DNA of 51,415 bases from Campylobacterota bacterium. Lineage in GTDB: Bacteria; Campylobacterota; Campylobacteria; Campylobacterales; Sulfurovaceae. Of this stretch, positions 33,161 through 43,893 are shown piece after piece. The notes beneath the pieces are model-generated. The model was not told where the DNA came from. It worked only from the letters and a program-made list of their open reading frames with translations, and searched no databases. The DNA lies in NCBI GenBank assembly GCA_013607775.1, contig VCAW01000040.1, forward strand, positions 1 through 51,415. Reading direction: 5' to 3'. A program made the position numbers and the translations under genes. Numbering within the stretch: position 1 is the stretch's first letter; every line of letters begins with the position of its first letter.

Positions 33161-33501
33161 GCTAACACACTTTCTACCGTTTCTAGAACCATTTTTTCAA
33201 TTGCTTCATCCTCTAAATCTGTCTGAATACCGTACAAATCAACCTCAGAAAGATAAAAAAGTGCTATATCTTTATGGGCTTCAAGTTGCTTAATAAACGC
33301 TACCATAAGCTTCTCTCCCATAACATCTTGTAATCTCTCAGTAATATACACCAAATAATTATAATCTTCAGGATCTATGGCATCAAATTCGTCTGAGTCT
33401 ACATCATTGAAATTTTTATCTACTACTACCAGGTATCGTACTTCATCTACCTCTTCTGAAAGTTTTGAGAAGAGTTGAGGGTACTGTGTTTTTAAATTCA
33501 A
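33157..33501 (-). CDS. Acidic hypothetical protein within the nap operon
   Basis: TTG start overlaps the napF stop; its own stop overlaps the napL start. Confidence 0.72.
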   Translation of the reverse strand: MNLKTQYPQLFSKLSEEVDEVRYLVVVDKNFNDVDSDEFDAIDPEDYNYLVYITERLQDVMGEKLMVAFIKQLEAHKDIALFYLSEVDLYGIQTDLEDEAIEKMVLETVESVLA

Positions 33502-34046
33502 GAAAGTTCCTTATTTGTTATTATTTCTATGGGTGTAAAATCTATGGCAAGCGTAGGGCATCTGCCCAAACAAAATCCACAGCCTGTACATTTATCCATG
33601 TCTATGACAGGATTAAACATGCCATTAAAGAGTATAGCATCATCAATACAAGGTTCTTTGCATGAAAAGCATATCACTCCGTTATGTGCCACACATCCCT
33701 CTGTAGAGATACGAAATGTAGCATTGAGTTTCTCAGCTGTATGCGTATGATTTAAACTTAGAACATTAGGTTCACATACATGAGCACACTCTTCACAAAA
33801 AGTACATCCACTTTTTACGAAGTTAAGCATAGGCGTACCATCTGCCTGTATCACGATAATCTGTTCATCACAAGAAGCCACACATGCTTTACTTTCACAT
33901 GTTACGCACTCACTCTGAAAAAGAGATTCGGCTAATCCATAAGGAGGTCTCACCACTAAAGGTGAGTTTTCCTTATTTTGCTGTAAAGGTTTTCTTAGTG
34001 TAGTAAAAAAATTCCTACGCCCTGCTTCCACAGCCTTTTTTTGCAC
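33498..34046 (-). CDS. napF: Ferredoxin-type protein NapF
   Basis: RRNFF, VRPP, several CxxCxxC/CP Fe-S motifs. Confidence 0.88.
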   Translation of the reverse strand: MQKKAVEAGRRNFFTTLRKPLQQNKENSPLVVRPPYGLAESLFQSECVTCESKACVASCDEQIIVIQADGTPMLNFVKSGCTFCEECAHVCEPNVLSLNHTHTAEKLNATFRISTEGCVAHNGVICFSCKEPCIDDAILFNGMFNPVIDMDKCTGCGFCLGRCPTLAIDFTPIEIITNKELS

Positions 34047-35011
34047 TATTCAACACCTTCATTCATGGCATCTGCCAAATTTGAGTGTGCTTTAAATTTA
34101 TTGTCACCAAAGTCTGGTTTAAATGTATTTGCCACATCTGTTTTTGTTTTAGATTGTGGTGCATGACATTGTGTACAGTTGAAACGACCTTGATACAAGG
34201 TATCAGATTTTTTTGCTTTGGCTATTTTGATATCTGATGTATTTTGTATATCATAACCAAGTACTTCTCCACCCTTAACTACATAACCATCATTCATTGC
34301 AGTCAATGGTCTATAATTTGTAAAGTGTGACACAGGAATAGGTGTTGCACCCATACTTTTAGCTACTTCAGGCAAGTGACAACCAAGACATTGATTGTTC
34401 TCTCTGGTAACTGGTAATAATCCATCCACAGAATGAGGAATCATCGGTGGCGCATCTTTATAGGCTCTTTCAAATTTTGTTGAACTTCCCGGAGCTGGTC
34501 TACTGTAATCAGTTTTTACACCCGTAATTTTATCTTCATTATAAAGGTCAGATTTTCTAAGCCCCAATGCTTTTTCTGATACCGCCGAACGGTTACCTAA
34601 ATCTTCCTGCTCAATACGGACATCGTCCGAAGCATCTGCATTAAGGTCAATGTATGAGCCTCCTGCTGCTGCGACTGCTGCTGCTGCTGCATGTGTAGTA
34701 GCTTTTTCGGTTTGTGTTCCATGTTCGATTTTCATCAGCAAAGAGAGTGCCTCGATATCTGAATCTTTCAAATCTTTCACTTGGTTAACCATAATCTGCT
34801 TCATCGCACCACCATAAGTACCTGCTTTGTAGCCTTTAAACGCCTTCACAATATCTTTCAGTGACATATCTTTCACAATCTTCGATTTGCCCAGTGCTGC
34901 TTTTTCAAAATACTGTCCATGACATCCTGCACATGCAGCAGTACCTACAGCATACGCACTTGTTGAAGCCAATAATGCCCCAATTGCTACTGTTTTTACT
35001 ATTTTTCTCAT
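34046..35011 (-). CDS. napB: NapB with an extra N-terminal monoheme cytochrome c domain
   Basis: RAYKDAPPMIPHS, NQCLGCH, RFNCTQCHAPQ plus N-terminal CAGCH...GGAM domain. Confidence 0.92.
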   Translation of the reverse strand: MRKIVKTVAIGALLASTSAYAVGTAACAGCHGQYFEKAALGKSKIVKDMSLKDIVKAFKGYKAGTYGGAMKQIMVNQVKDLKDSDIEALSLLMKIEHGTQTEKATTHAAAAAVAAAGGSYIDLNADASDDVRIEQEDLGNRSAVSEKALGLRKSDLYNEDKITGVKTDYSRPAPGSSTKFERAYKDAPPMIPHSVDGLLPVTRENNQCLGCHLPEVAKSMGATPIPVSHFTNYRPLTAMNDGYVVKGGEVLGYDIQNTSDIKIAKAKKSDTLYQGRFNCTQCHAPQSKTKTDVANTFKPDFGDNKFKAHSNLADAMNEGVE

Positions 35012-35844
35012 CTATTTCCTCCTATAATTTTTGTTTCATGACTCTGTTTCGTAAAACTTCTAATTCCAAATTCCAATGCATCATCATTGCACACATCTAC
35101 ACATCTACCACAGTTAGTACATTCACCATCGGTTACAGCAATGCTTGACTTATTGATCATATGTAAAACCTGATTTTCAGGACACACAACTTTACAGTCC
35201 ATACAGTTGGTACAGTTCTCATGGTTATGTTTTACTCTTACAAGGCTTTTACTTCCTATTACAGAGTACGCAGCACCTAAAGGACACAAATGTCCACACC
35301 ATCCATTTTTAACCCCAAAGAGATCAAAAAGAAAAATGGCTAGTACCACAGCACCTCCCATTCCAAAACCAAAGACTATCCCTCTTTGCATAATAGTAAT
35401 GGGAGAGAACACTTCAAACGCTGCCACACCTACAAGTGCTGAAACAATAAGACCTACTACCATAAGCCAATACCTAGCACTTCGTTTTAAAAAACGGTAA
35501 TTCACCTCTTCTTTATCAAGGTTAAATTTACGTCTAAGCCAGTTTGCCAAGTCTGTCACCATGTTGATAGGACAGACCCAAGAACAAAATGCGCGACCAC
35601 CTACCACAAAGTAAAACAGTGTGATAATCGCTGCACCTAAAAGTACATCCGACCCTAAAACAAACCCCGTTGCCAATACCTGCAAGGTATTGTATGGATC
35701 TGCCAAAGGTATAATACCAAAGAGCATAGAAGTACCAAAGGTTCCTTCTAAAATATGCCAACCATACGCATTGGCAGCGAAGTATAAAAACAAGATACCT
35801 ATCTGTGTTGTCCGTCTAAGGAGCAGATACTTCATATTTTTCAT
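35008..35844 (-). CDS. napH: Quinol dehydrogenase membrane subunit NapH
   Basis: GRAFCSWVCP, WCGHLCPLG, two C-terminal 4Fe-4S motifs. Confidence 0.95.
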   Translation of the reverse strand: MKNMKYLLLRRTTQIGILFLYFAANAYGWHILEGTFGTSMLFGIIPLADPYNTLQVLATGFVLGSDVLLGAAIITLFYFVVGGRAFCSWVCPINMVTDLANWLRRKFNLDKEEVNYRFLKRSARYWLMVVGLIVSALVGVAAFEVFSPITIMQRGIVFGFGMGGAVVLAIFLFDLFGVKNGWCGHLCPLGAAYSVIGSKSLVRVKHNHENCTNCMDCKVVCPENQVLHMINKSSIAVTDGECTNCGRCVDVCNDDALEFGIRSFTKQSHETKIIGGNR

Positions 35845-36668
35845 TAGTACTCTACCTCCATGTTAAGATAATCAGAAGCTTCTTGTGCACTTCGCTCTGT
35901 TTGTGTATGTATCTCTTTTGCGTTACCTACACGTTCTTGGTCTTTTGCATCCCAACCTTTGACATAATGATCACCGGCTTTACCTTTGGCAACCTCATTT
36001 GGCAACACAAAAATAGCTGGTTTTTCAGTCACACACGCTTTCTCACAAAGACCACAGCCTGTACAAATATCATCATGTACTATCGGCAACAAATAGGCAT
36101 GCTTACCTGTTCTATCATTCTTTTGATACTCAATTGTAATAGCACTGTCTAACAATGGACACGCTCTATAACATGCATCACACTGTATACCCCAAAAAGA
36201 GATACAAGACTCTTTATGCACCACAGCCAAGCCCATAGATGCTTTGTTAATGTCTAGCTCTTTTTTTTCATTCAATAAACTAGGCATATCTAAAGCACCT
36301 GACGGACAGACAGGCACACAAGGGATGTCCTCACACATATAACATGGCACATCAAGAGGCTCAAAAAATGGTGTACCTATCAGCACGGAGTCTCCTCCCT
36401 TTGCCATCTTCAGCGTACCTTCTCTTTGCTCTCCTGTTTGTGTATCTCTGTTAGTATCTCTGTTTACACAGGCTTCAACACACAAACCACACTTGATACA
36501 TGCCGTCAAAAAATCCTTCTCAGGCAATGCACCAGGTGGTCTTAGTACCAATGGTGATGCTTTCACAGAATCTGTGTACCCACTCCACAACATTCCACCA
36601 AGTGCAGCAAGCCCTACGCTTTGTAAGGTTGTTGCCATAAAGTTTCTTCTGCCGTTAGAGTGTGCCAT
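35844..36668 (-). CDS. napG: Ferredoxin-type protein NapG
   Basis: Tat-like RRNF, LRPPGA, CIKCGLC, PCYMCEDIPCVPVCP. Confidence 0.95.
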   Translation of the reverse strand: MAHSNGRRNFMATTLQSVGLAALGGMLWSGYTDSVKASPLVLRPPGALPEKDFLTACIKCGLCVEACVNRDTNRDTQTGEQREGTLKMAKGGDSVLIGTPFFEPLDVPCYMCEDIPCVPVCPSGALDMPSLLNEKKELDINKASMGLAVVHKESCISFWGIQCDACYRACPLLDSAITIEYQKNDRTGKHAYLLPIVHDDICTGCGLCEKACVTEKPAIFVLPNEVAKGKAGDHYVKGWDAKDQERVGNAKEIHTQTERSAQEASDYLNMEVEY

Positions 36669-36673
36669 ATCTG

Positions 36674-39511
36674 TTATGCCTTATAGAGTTTGACTGCACA
36701 TTTTTTGTAGTCAGTTTGTTTAGACATTGGACATGTCGCATCGAGACATACTTTGTTGATAAAGACTTTTTCATCAAACCAAGGTACAAATACAAGCCCT
36801 TGAGGTGGTCTGTTACGTCCACGTGTCTCTACTCTTGCTTTTACTTTACCACGACGTGAATCAACCCAAATCAAGCTACCTTGTTTGAAGCCTTTTTCTT
36901 TGGCATCTTTAGGGTTCATGTAACAAAGAGCCTCTGGTACCGCACGGAAGAGTTCTGGAACTCTCATCGTCATCGTACCTGAGTGCCAGTGCTCAAGTAC
37001 ACGCCCTGTACAAAGCCATGTATCGTACTCTTTATCTGGAGTTTCAGGTGGCTCCATATATGGTCTAGCATAGATTTTGGCTTTATTTTTAAGAGACTTT
37101 TTGTTTTTGTCCTTGATGCCTTTAAGATCACCTTGAGCCAATGCTTTAGCCAATGGTCCATAGAATGCAAAGTCTTTTAAGCCAGCTTCTTTAGCTGCTT
37201 TTGCTGCATAAGGGTCATATTTAACATTAAATCTCCAGTGCGTCTCTTTACCATCAACAACCGGCCACTTGAGTCCTCTTACTTTATGGTATACATCAAA
37301 TGGTGCAAGGTCATGTCCATGTCCTCTACCAAAACTTGCATACTCTTCAAAGAGGTACTCATGAATCATAAATCCATACCCTTTAAATACTTTACCATCT
37401 GAGCCTTTAACATTTCTAGCATCGCCAAGACACTCAGAGTTATCATAACCTGCTTGTGGGAATTTTTTCATATCAATTTTGTAAGATTTTGCTTTTTTGT
37501 TAGCAAATAAAATCTCATACATTGTTGTATTTTCATTGTATCCCATTTTCTTCGCATCTTTAAGTACATTAGGAAGCTTTTTACCATTACGTAACGTATA
37601 CTCACCCCATAAGTCTTTGACTGTAAAACGCTTAGAGAGTTCTACCCATTGCCATGTATCAGACATCGCATCACCTACAGGAAGGACTTGTTGTCTCCAG
37701 TGCTGTGTACGACGCTCTGCATTTCCATAGGCACCCCATTTTTCATAAATCATCGCTGATGGGAGTACAAGGTCAGAAACTTTTGCCGAAATACCAGGGT
37801 ATCCATCAGAAGTAACAATAAAGTTATCCATCTCACGCGCTGCTTTAATCCAGTGTGATGCTGACGCAGAATCTTGGTACGCATTACATACATTTACCCA
37901 TGCAAATTTAATGACACCATCTTCGATATCTCTATGGATTTTCATGATATGTTGGTTACCAACAGGGTTGAGCGTACCTTCTGGGATTGACCATTTTTTC
38001 TCTGCTATTTTTCTATGTTTAGGGTTTTTCACCATCAAGTCAGCAGGAAGTCTGTGACAGAATGTTCCTACTTCTCTGGCTGTACCACACGCTGATGGTT
38101 GACCAGTAAGCGAGAATGCTCCAGAACCTGGTTTAGCTTGTTTATTTAACATAAAGTGAACATTGTAAGAAAGTGTATTTACCCAAGTACCACGTGTATG
38201 TTGGTTCATACCCATAGTCCAGAATGAAACCACTTTTCTATGTTTCTCTATGTAAAGGTCTGCAAGTGCTTGAAGTTTTTTCTTAAAGACTTCGATGTCT
38301 TCATTCGGATCACCTTTGGCTACTTTGGCAGTATACTCAAGCGTATATGGTTCTAAAGACTTTTTATACTCTTCAAAAGAGATTTCCCAGTGCTTGAGTG
38401 TACCTGCTGTGTGTTTCATAGTCTCACCAGCTTTGTAACCATACGGCTCAAGTGCTTTTCCTTCATTTTCGGTAAGTACTTTAGACATCTCTTTATTGAT
38501 AGTTTGCATCTCTAGTGCTGAGTATTTACCAGCAGAACCATCTTTGTTTACAGGGGTGATAGACTTCTCACCTTTTCTTCTCATACCATATCCGATATTC
38601 GCAGGACCTGTTGCAAAGACCATATGCTCTTTTACAAAATCCCAATCGATAATTTTCTCTTTATCATCTCGCATAACAATTTCACGTGCAAGATAGTTCC
38701 ATAAGACCAAGTCTGTATTTGGCGTAAAGATAATCTCAATATCTGCAATATCAGATGTTCTATGTCTATACGTAGAGATATTCACCACTTTTACTTTGTC
38801 TGGGTTAGAGAGTTTTCTATCTGTTACCCTTGACCATAAAATAGGGTGCATCTCTGCCATATTTGAACCCCAAGATACGATAGTATCTGTCAATTCAATA
38901 TCATCATAACATCCTGACGGTTCATCAATACCAAAGGTTTGGTAGAAACCAACAACCGCAGATGCCATACAGTGTCTTGCATTTGGATCAATCGCATTAG
39001 AACGGAAACCTGCTTTCATCATTTTCTGCGCAGCATACCCTTCCATTACAGTGTATTGACCTGAGGCAAAGACACCAACACCTTCAGGACCAGAAGCCTT
39101 AAGTGCTTTTCTAATGTTAAGTTCCATCTCATCAAAAGCACGCTTCCAGCTTACTGGTTTAAACTTACCTTTTTTATCGAATTCACCTTTATCATTCATA
39201 CGAAGCAGTGGTGTTTTAAGTCTATCTGCTCCATACATAATCTTCGCATTAAAGTAACCCTTAATACAGTTCAATCCTCTATTTACTGGAGCTGCCGGAT
39301 CACCTTTTACTGCAACGATTCTACCATTCTTCGTCGCAAGCATAATCCCACAACCAGTACCACAGAAACGACAAGCCGCCTTGTCCCATCTCCATTTAGA
39401 TTCAGCTTGTTTTGCTGCTGCCTCAGCTTCTTGGGGGACAGTAATACCTACCGCACCTGCTGCTGCCACTGCTGCTGAATTTTTCAAAAAATCACGTCTA
39501 TTTAATGACAT
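36674..39511 (-). CDS. napA: Periplasmic nitrate reductase catalytic subunit
   Basis: Tat signal [46 protein letters not shown]. Confidence 0.99.
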   Translation of the reverse strand: MSLNRRDFLKNSAAVAAAGAVGITVPQEAEAAAKQAESKWRWDKAACRFCGTGCGIMLATKNGRIVAVKGDPAAPVNRGLNCIKGYFNAKIMYGADRLKTPLLRMNDKGEFDKKGKFKPVSWKRAFDEMELNIRKALKASGPEGVGVFASGQYTVMEGYAAQKMMKAGFRSNAIDPNARHCMASAVVGFYQTFGIDEPSGCYDDIELTDTIVSWGSNMAEMHPILWSRVTDRKLSNPDKVKVVNISTYRHRTSDIADIEIIFTPNTDLVLWNYLAREIVMRDDKEKIIDWDFVKEHMVFATGPANIGYGMRRKGEKSITPVNKDGSAGKYSALEMQTINKEMSKVLTENEGKALEPYGYKAGETMKHTAGTLKHWEISFEEYKKSLEPYTLEYTAKVAKGDPNEDIEVFKKKLQALADLYIEKHRKVVSFWTMGMNQHTRGTWVNTLSYNVHFMLNKQAKPGSGAFSLTGQPSACGTAREVGTFCHRLPADLMVKNPKHRKIAEKKWSIPEGTLNPVGNQHIMKIHRDIEDGVIKFAWVNVCNAYQDSASASHWIKAAREMDNFIVTSDGYPGISAKVSDLVLPSAMIYEKWGAYGNAERRTQHWRQQVLPVGDAMSDTWQWVELSKRFTVKDLWGEYTLRNGKKLPNVLKDAKKMGYNENTTMYEILFANKKAKSYKIDMKKFPQAGYDNSECLGDARNVKGSDGKVFKGYGFMIHEYLFEEYASFGRGHGHDLAPFDVYHKVRGLKWPVVDGKETHWRFNVKYDPYAAKAAKEAGLKDFAFYGPLAKALAQGDLKGIKDKNKKSLKNKAKIYARPYMEPPETPDKEYDTWLCTGRVLEHWHSGTMTMRVPELFRAVPEALCYMNPKDAKEKGFKQGSLIWVDSRRGKVKARVETRGRNRPPQGLVFVPWFDEKVFINKVCLDATCPMSKQTDYKKCAVKLYKA

Positions 39512-39569
39512 TGTTCCTCCTTTAGATTTATCTACATATCTAGAGTATCACTATAAAGGAGTGTAATTA

Positions 39570-39583
39570 TTGACACATATCAA
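39570..39583. promoter_or_regulatory. Fnr/DNR/NssR-type box upstream of napA
   Basis: TTGACacatATCAA. Confidence 0.75.
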
Positions 39584-39689
39584 TTATTAGAGATTTATAT
39601 AAAAATGATTTGTAAGAATGATAATTCTTAGAGAAAATGACGATTTAAATCATAAGTTAAACTATCTAAAAACATCAATATAATTGATG

Positions 39690-40343
39690 CTAATTTCTTA
39701 TACAATTTGTTTCTACGATATGACGTAGTGCATTTTCATTCAAAATTGTTACAACATGCTCTTTAATTGTAATGATTTCTTCTTTTTTCATTTTCGTCAA
39801 TATACGGGAAAGTGTCTCTGGTGTCATGTTTAAAATAGAGGCTATTTCATTGTTTTTAAGACGTTCGAATACTGCAGAATTATTTAGTACAAGGTCTGCA
39901 ATTTTAGCTTCAGTGGAATAGATGGTTTCTTTATGTAAAAGGTTGGCAAGGAGTTTCATACGCTTAGAAAGAGCAGAAACCAAAGAGATAGAGAAATCAA
40001 CATTCTTCATACAATCATAAATTTTGCTCAGTGGAAGAAGCCCTACTGTACCCTCACCTAAAAACTCACAAGTCGCGGGAAAAGGTATCTGTTCAAATGC
40101 TGCAAACAGCGCTATGATCTCCGGTGCTGCAAAGTTATGCATATGTACCTGTGTACCCTTTGGTGCTGTTTTGTATAATCTCACTACACCATCAAGTAAA
40201 ATGTGCAAATATTCACTCTCATCCCCTTCATAAAAGACAATACTATCTTTTTCATAATGATGGATATGCATCTGTCCTTGCAGTTCATCTAACTGTCTTG
40301 TACTAAGTTTTGAAAAAAGGGGGATATCTTTGAGTTCCAGCAT
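39690..40343 (-). CDS. Crp/Fnr family transcriptional regulator (DNR/NssR-like)
   Basis: cNMP-type domain (FYEGD...GVVRLY) and HTH EIASILNMTPETLSR; no N-terminal FNR cysteines. Confidence 0.92.
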   Translation of the reverse strand: MLELKDIPLFSKLSTRQLDELQGQMHIHHYEKDSIVFYEGDESEYLHILLDGVVRLYKTAPKGTQVHMHNFAAPEIIALFAAFEQIPFPATCEFLGEGTVGLLPLSKIYDCMKNVDFSISLVSALSKRMKLLANLLHKETIYSTEAKIADLVLNNSAVFERLKNNEIASILNMTPETLSRILTKMKKEEIITIKEHVVTILNENALRHIVETNCIRN

Positions 40344-40353
40344 TCACACTTCC

Positions 40354-40367
40354 TTGACTTAAATCAA
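40354..40367. promoter_or_regulatory. Fnr/DNR-type box just upstream of the Crp/Fnr gene (possible autoregulation)
   Basis: TTGACttaaATCAA, 10 bp from the ATG. Confidence 0.72.
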
Positions 40368-40391
40368 GAAAAGTATACCATAGGAACCTAA

Positions 40392-40659
40392 AGGGCACCT
40401 CTTACAATAGGTAATACCCACAATGAGCTTTGCAAATGTGAGATTGTGCAAGAGATTTATGAGTCCTAGCCATAGCTAAGACGAAGTAAATATCTTGTGC
40501 AAGATTGCGTTTGCAAAGCTCACCCTTCGGGCATCACTAGCTTTCGCCTATGCGTCGTTACTCATTTTTGACTTAGCTACGGCTAGGACTGAAAACGAGT
40601 GCCTAGCCTAGACAAAAGCTAGAGATGTTGTGGGTATCACCTATTGTTAGAGTTGCCCT
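40392..40659. mobile_element. MITE-like non-autonomous element (~268 bp)
   Basis: ~32-bp imperfect terminal inverted repeats agggcacctcttacaataggtaatacc / gggtatcacctattgttagagttgccct; nested internal stems; no long ORF; more GC-rich than flanks. Confidence 0.78.
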
Positions 40660-40690
40660 AGACTATTGCTAGATAGTGTGTTACGCGGTT

Positions 40691-40719
40691 TGTATAAGGC
40701 ACATAGAGTGCCTTATACA
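40691..40719. terminator. Hairpin after the porin-like gene (likely terminator)
   Basis: tgtataaggcac-ataga-gtgccttataca, perfect 12-bp stem 15 bp past the stop. Confidence 0.6.
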
Positions 40720-40734
40720 TTTTTAAAAGATTGT

Positions 40735-41988
40735 CTAAAATTTATAATCTAACATAACCCAGTATTTTGTTGTATCTACTTTGTATGCATCAGCGCTATA
40801 GAATGATGCTTTTAACATACCTGAGAGTCCTTTGACTGCAGAAATTTTGTTTTTATACAATACATCTGTCTCCGTACCATAATCTGTGTTTCCTCTGTCA
40901 CTAGAGAAATCATGGTAGACTATTTTAGCTACACCAAATCCTTTGGCTTTGTATCCGATCATACCATTCACATCTACAAGACCATCATCTGGTGTCCCTA
41001 AGAACATATCTGCCCAACCATTTTGTCCGTGTAGTGTCGCAAGTGGTGTACTAAAGGCTGCATTGCCACCATTACCAGCACCAAGTACTTCATATCTTGC
41101 ACCTGCAAGGAAGCCACTCATGTTTAGTGTTGCTTCAACGTTAATGTAGTCAGCATCTGCTGTTTTATTTGTAGTAAGATCTTCAAATGATGGATCTGTT
41201 TGAGATGCATACTCTGCACGGTAAGATAACCCTGTACCTGCACCTAGTGCAAACTTACCAGTCGCTGCGATACCATAAGTATCATGTATGTCTTCAATCA
41301 TATACGCATACCCAGTTAATGTAAGGGCATCCATCATTTTATAGCTAGCATGTAAGAGTACTGTACCTGTGTCGAAACCGTCACCTACTGGTTTAACTGT
41401 ATCTTCATCAAAGATTGTATTCACGTGCCATACATATGCTGCAAGTAACGAGAGGTTTTCAACACTGTTGTTGATAACCGCTGCTGCATCATACGTTTGT
41501 GGCATTTGTCTCCAGTTTACTGTACCGATAAAACGTTGGTTATCCAAGTTTACACCTTGACGACCTGCTCTTATAAGTGTTTTACCAGAAGCATAATCAA
41601 TATATGCTTGTGTAATACGTGTTTGTGAAGGATCAGCTACTACGTTGTATACACCTTTATCGCCAATATCACCATTGGAAAGATCCCAGTAGTCACCAGA
41701 ACCAGACACATTTGTAGCTTCTAAATACGTAGATAATCCATCTACCTGAAATAAATCTGCACTGATTCCCAATGTAAGTCTGTTTGTAAATGCACTTGCA
41801 TTTCTCACCGCATCATCTGTATCTACAAATTCATATCTTGGACGAATCTCACCTTTTGCTGTTACATTATTGAAAAATGTAAATGCCTCTGCTGTTGGTG
41901 CTACTGCTTCTACTTCAACAGGTGCAATATCTCCCCCCGCTAAGATAAGACTTGATGTTACTACTGAAAGCATCATAATTCTTTTCAT
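40735..41988 (-). CDS. Outer-membrane beta-barrel porin (alginate-export/AlgE-like family)
   Basis: Signal peptide, GEIRPRYE, RAGRQ, QRFIG, LATLHGQNGWADMF, C-terminal aromatic DYKF. Confidence 0.85.
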   Translation of the reverse strand: MKRIMMLSVVTSSLILAGGDIAPVEVEAVAPTAEAFTFFNNVTAKGEIRPRYEFVDTDDAVRNASAFTNRLTLGISADLFQVDGLSTYLEATNVSGSGDYWDLSNGDIGDKGVYNVVADPSQTRITQAYIDYASGKTLIRAGRQGVNLDNQRFIGTVNWRQMPQTYDAAAVINNSVENLSLLAAYVWHVNTIFDEDTVKPVGDGFDTGTVLLHASYKMMDALTLTGYAYMIEDIHDTYGIAATGKFALGAGTGLSYRAEYASQTDPSFEDLTTNKTADADYINVEATLNMSGFLAGARYEVLGAGNGGNAAFSTPLATLHGQNGWADMFLGTPDDGLVDVNGMIGYKAKGFGVAKIVYHDFSSDRGNTDYGTETDVLYKNKISAVKGLSGMLKASFYSADAYKVDTTKYWVMLDYKF

Positions 41989-42182
41989 CTTTTTACTCCT
42001 TTTTTTTACTTTTATTTTTCATATACATTTAATGAACATATTATATGCCCATCAAATATATCACCTCATCCAATGTCCATTACTCTACGCCATTCCCATT
42101 TTTCAATGTTTGAAATGTCGTCCCTGTATCAGTTTATTTACTTCTACATGTTTTAGAATATCATCATCAATAATCCTAATGA

Positions 42183-42196
42183 TTGATATAAATCAA
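42183..42196. promoter_or_regulatory. Fnr/DNR-type box upstream of the porin gene
   Basis: TTGATataaATCAA, perfect consensus. Confidence 0.78.
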
Positions 42197-42320
42197 TTAT
42201 TTCAGATAATAATATAATTAAGTAGATAAAATAATTAAAAATATATTTTTGATGCTTTAATGTATCTTTTTAGACATCTAAAGTACATCAAATATTTTGA
42301 TGTACTCTCTGTTTATACAA

Positions 42321-42644
42321 CTACATGCCACCTAAAGCTTTTTTTACATTCTCATCTGCCATAGAGATATTCCATGCTGGTTCCCACACTACTTCTATCT
42401 CTATAGTACCGACACCTTCGAGTTTAGCCACAGCTTCTTCTACCCATTGTTTTATCATTTGATGCAAAGGGCATCCTTGCGTAGAGAGTGTCATGATTAC
42501 ATGCACATTGCACGTATCATCAACAATCGCATCATATATGAGTCCCATTTCTACAAGGTTAAACCCAACTTCAGGGTCAATGACAGTACTAATAGCTTCA
42601 AATACTTTTTCTTTCGTTATATTACACATATTTTTATCCTTCAA
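42321..42644 (-). CDS. Metal-sulfur cluster assembly factor (DUF59/SufT family)
   Basis: VIDPEVGFNLVEMGLIY, MTLSTQGCP, VWEPAW; start may be 42629. Confidence 0.92.
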   Translation of the reverse strand: MKDKNMCNITKEKVFEAISTVIDPEVGFNLVEMGLIYDAIVDDTCNVHVIMTLSTQGCPLHQMIKQWVEEAVAKLEGVGTIEIEVVWEPAWNISMADENVKKALGGM

Positions 42645-43887
42645 TTATTTTATGGGCACCATACGCTAACATCTTACGCATAGTGATGAAAAGAAATATT
42701 GCACTAAAGAGAAGGAAACTTCCTCCTGTTTTAAAAAACATGTCACTTTCAAACAGTAATCCTACACCACCTAAAAGTACTCCTGATGCGGTAAACCAAA
42801 ACATCATACTTGCACCCTCTTTAGAGTACATCTCATGAAGCATAGGTACTTTCTCTTTTCCTACTAGCGGAGCAAAACGTTCAAACCAAACTAAAAATGG
42901 TACGATTTTGTACAAATGTCCCGTAATAAATGACGAGACAAACCCTAAAAGTAAGAACCACACTGAAGCATGTAAAACAGTTTCTACCTCTGTTAAAAAA
43001 TAGAACAGACCCAATGTCATAGAGAGTATCAAGGAGACAAAAGCAAATATCATCGACTTTGCCCATACATCCATCTCTTTACGTACAGTGAGTTTATAGA
43101 TAATATAAATTTGCCACAGGTAAAAAACCAACCCTGCAAAACTCACAGTGTATCCTACAAACATCAACCATTCAAAACCAATCAATGCACCTATAAACAC
43201 TAGAGCGACACCAACTATAACCAAAGTAAAAGCACGTTCTACTGCTTTTTGTTCAAATCCATGTGCCAACGAAAACATAGGGATAAGTGTTAAAGACAAT
43301 CCCATAATAGTAAGTACCACATACCCTGCAAGTACAGCATAGACATGTGCTTTTAACATCAAAGAGATGTCAATACCCAAATGCCCTGCAAGCCCAAGGG
43401 AAAGGGCAAATCCAGTAAGGATACCTAAGAGTAAATAACCGTTACTCCACGCCACTGTTTTTACTGTTAGTGTTCTAAGTTCTGTCTTTTTAAGTGTCGC
43501 TATGTTCTCAATAGCAAATATAATCATGGCAACAAGTACCAGTAAGCCCCCATAAGGTAACAATGCAGGCATCAACCAAAATCCAACAACCATCATAGAA
43601 GCACCCACACCCAGCAGAGGTAAGATGACATAATAGACATCGACAACGGCATGCCCCACTTCAAGTACTACAGGAATAAGTTGTGCCATAGCTCCAAAGA
43701 TAATCATCATGACAAACCCTAGTAGAAAAAGGTGGAGCCAACCTGCCACACTCATTTGCTGATAAGAAAAGTTTGGTTCAAAGAAGAGCAGTGCCAGCAT
43801 TGCTAAAACATAAAAAACCACACCCCATCTAAAAAAGGGTGCAATCAGTTTTAACGGTGGCGCGAAATCTCTAGAGATAGGGGTCAT
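42634..43887 (-). CDS. Polytopic membrane protein (~12 TM) with intramembrane His residues
   Basis: HLFLLGF...GAMAQLIP, HVYAVLAG, GHLYKIVPFLVW; resembles NnrS/heme-copper-oxidase-like membrane proteins found beside DUF59 genes. Confidence 0.75.
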   Translation of the reverse strand: MTPISRDFAPPLKLIAPFFRWGVVFYVLAMLALLFFEPNFSYQQMSVAGWLHLFLLGFVMMIIFGAMAQLIPVVLEVGHAVVDVYYVILPLLGVGASMMVVGFWLMPALLPYGGLLVLVAMIIFAIENIATLKKTELRTLTVKTVAWSNGYLLLGILTGFALSLGLAGHLGIDISLMLKAHVYAVLAGYVVLTIMGLSLTLIPMFSLAHGFEQKAVERAFTLVIVGVALVFIGALIGFEWLMFVGYTVSFAGLVFYLWQIYIIYKLTVRKEMDVWAKSMIFAFVSLILSMTLGLFYFLTEVETVLHASVWFLLLGFVSSFITGHLYKIVPFLVWFERFAPLVGKEKVPMLHEMYSKEGASMMFWFTASGVLLGGVGLLFESDMFFKTGGSFLLFSAIFLFITMRKMLAYGAHKIIEG

Positions 43888-43893
43888 AGATGC

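Noticed and set aside
39673-42305. catcaa-N5-ttgatg palindromes at ~39673 and ~42286 as more Fnr boxes
   Set aside because: Half-sites are in the reverse order and both lie just after stop codons, so they are better read as terminator-like hairpins.
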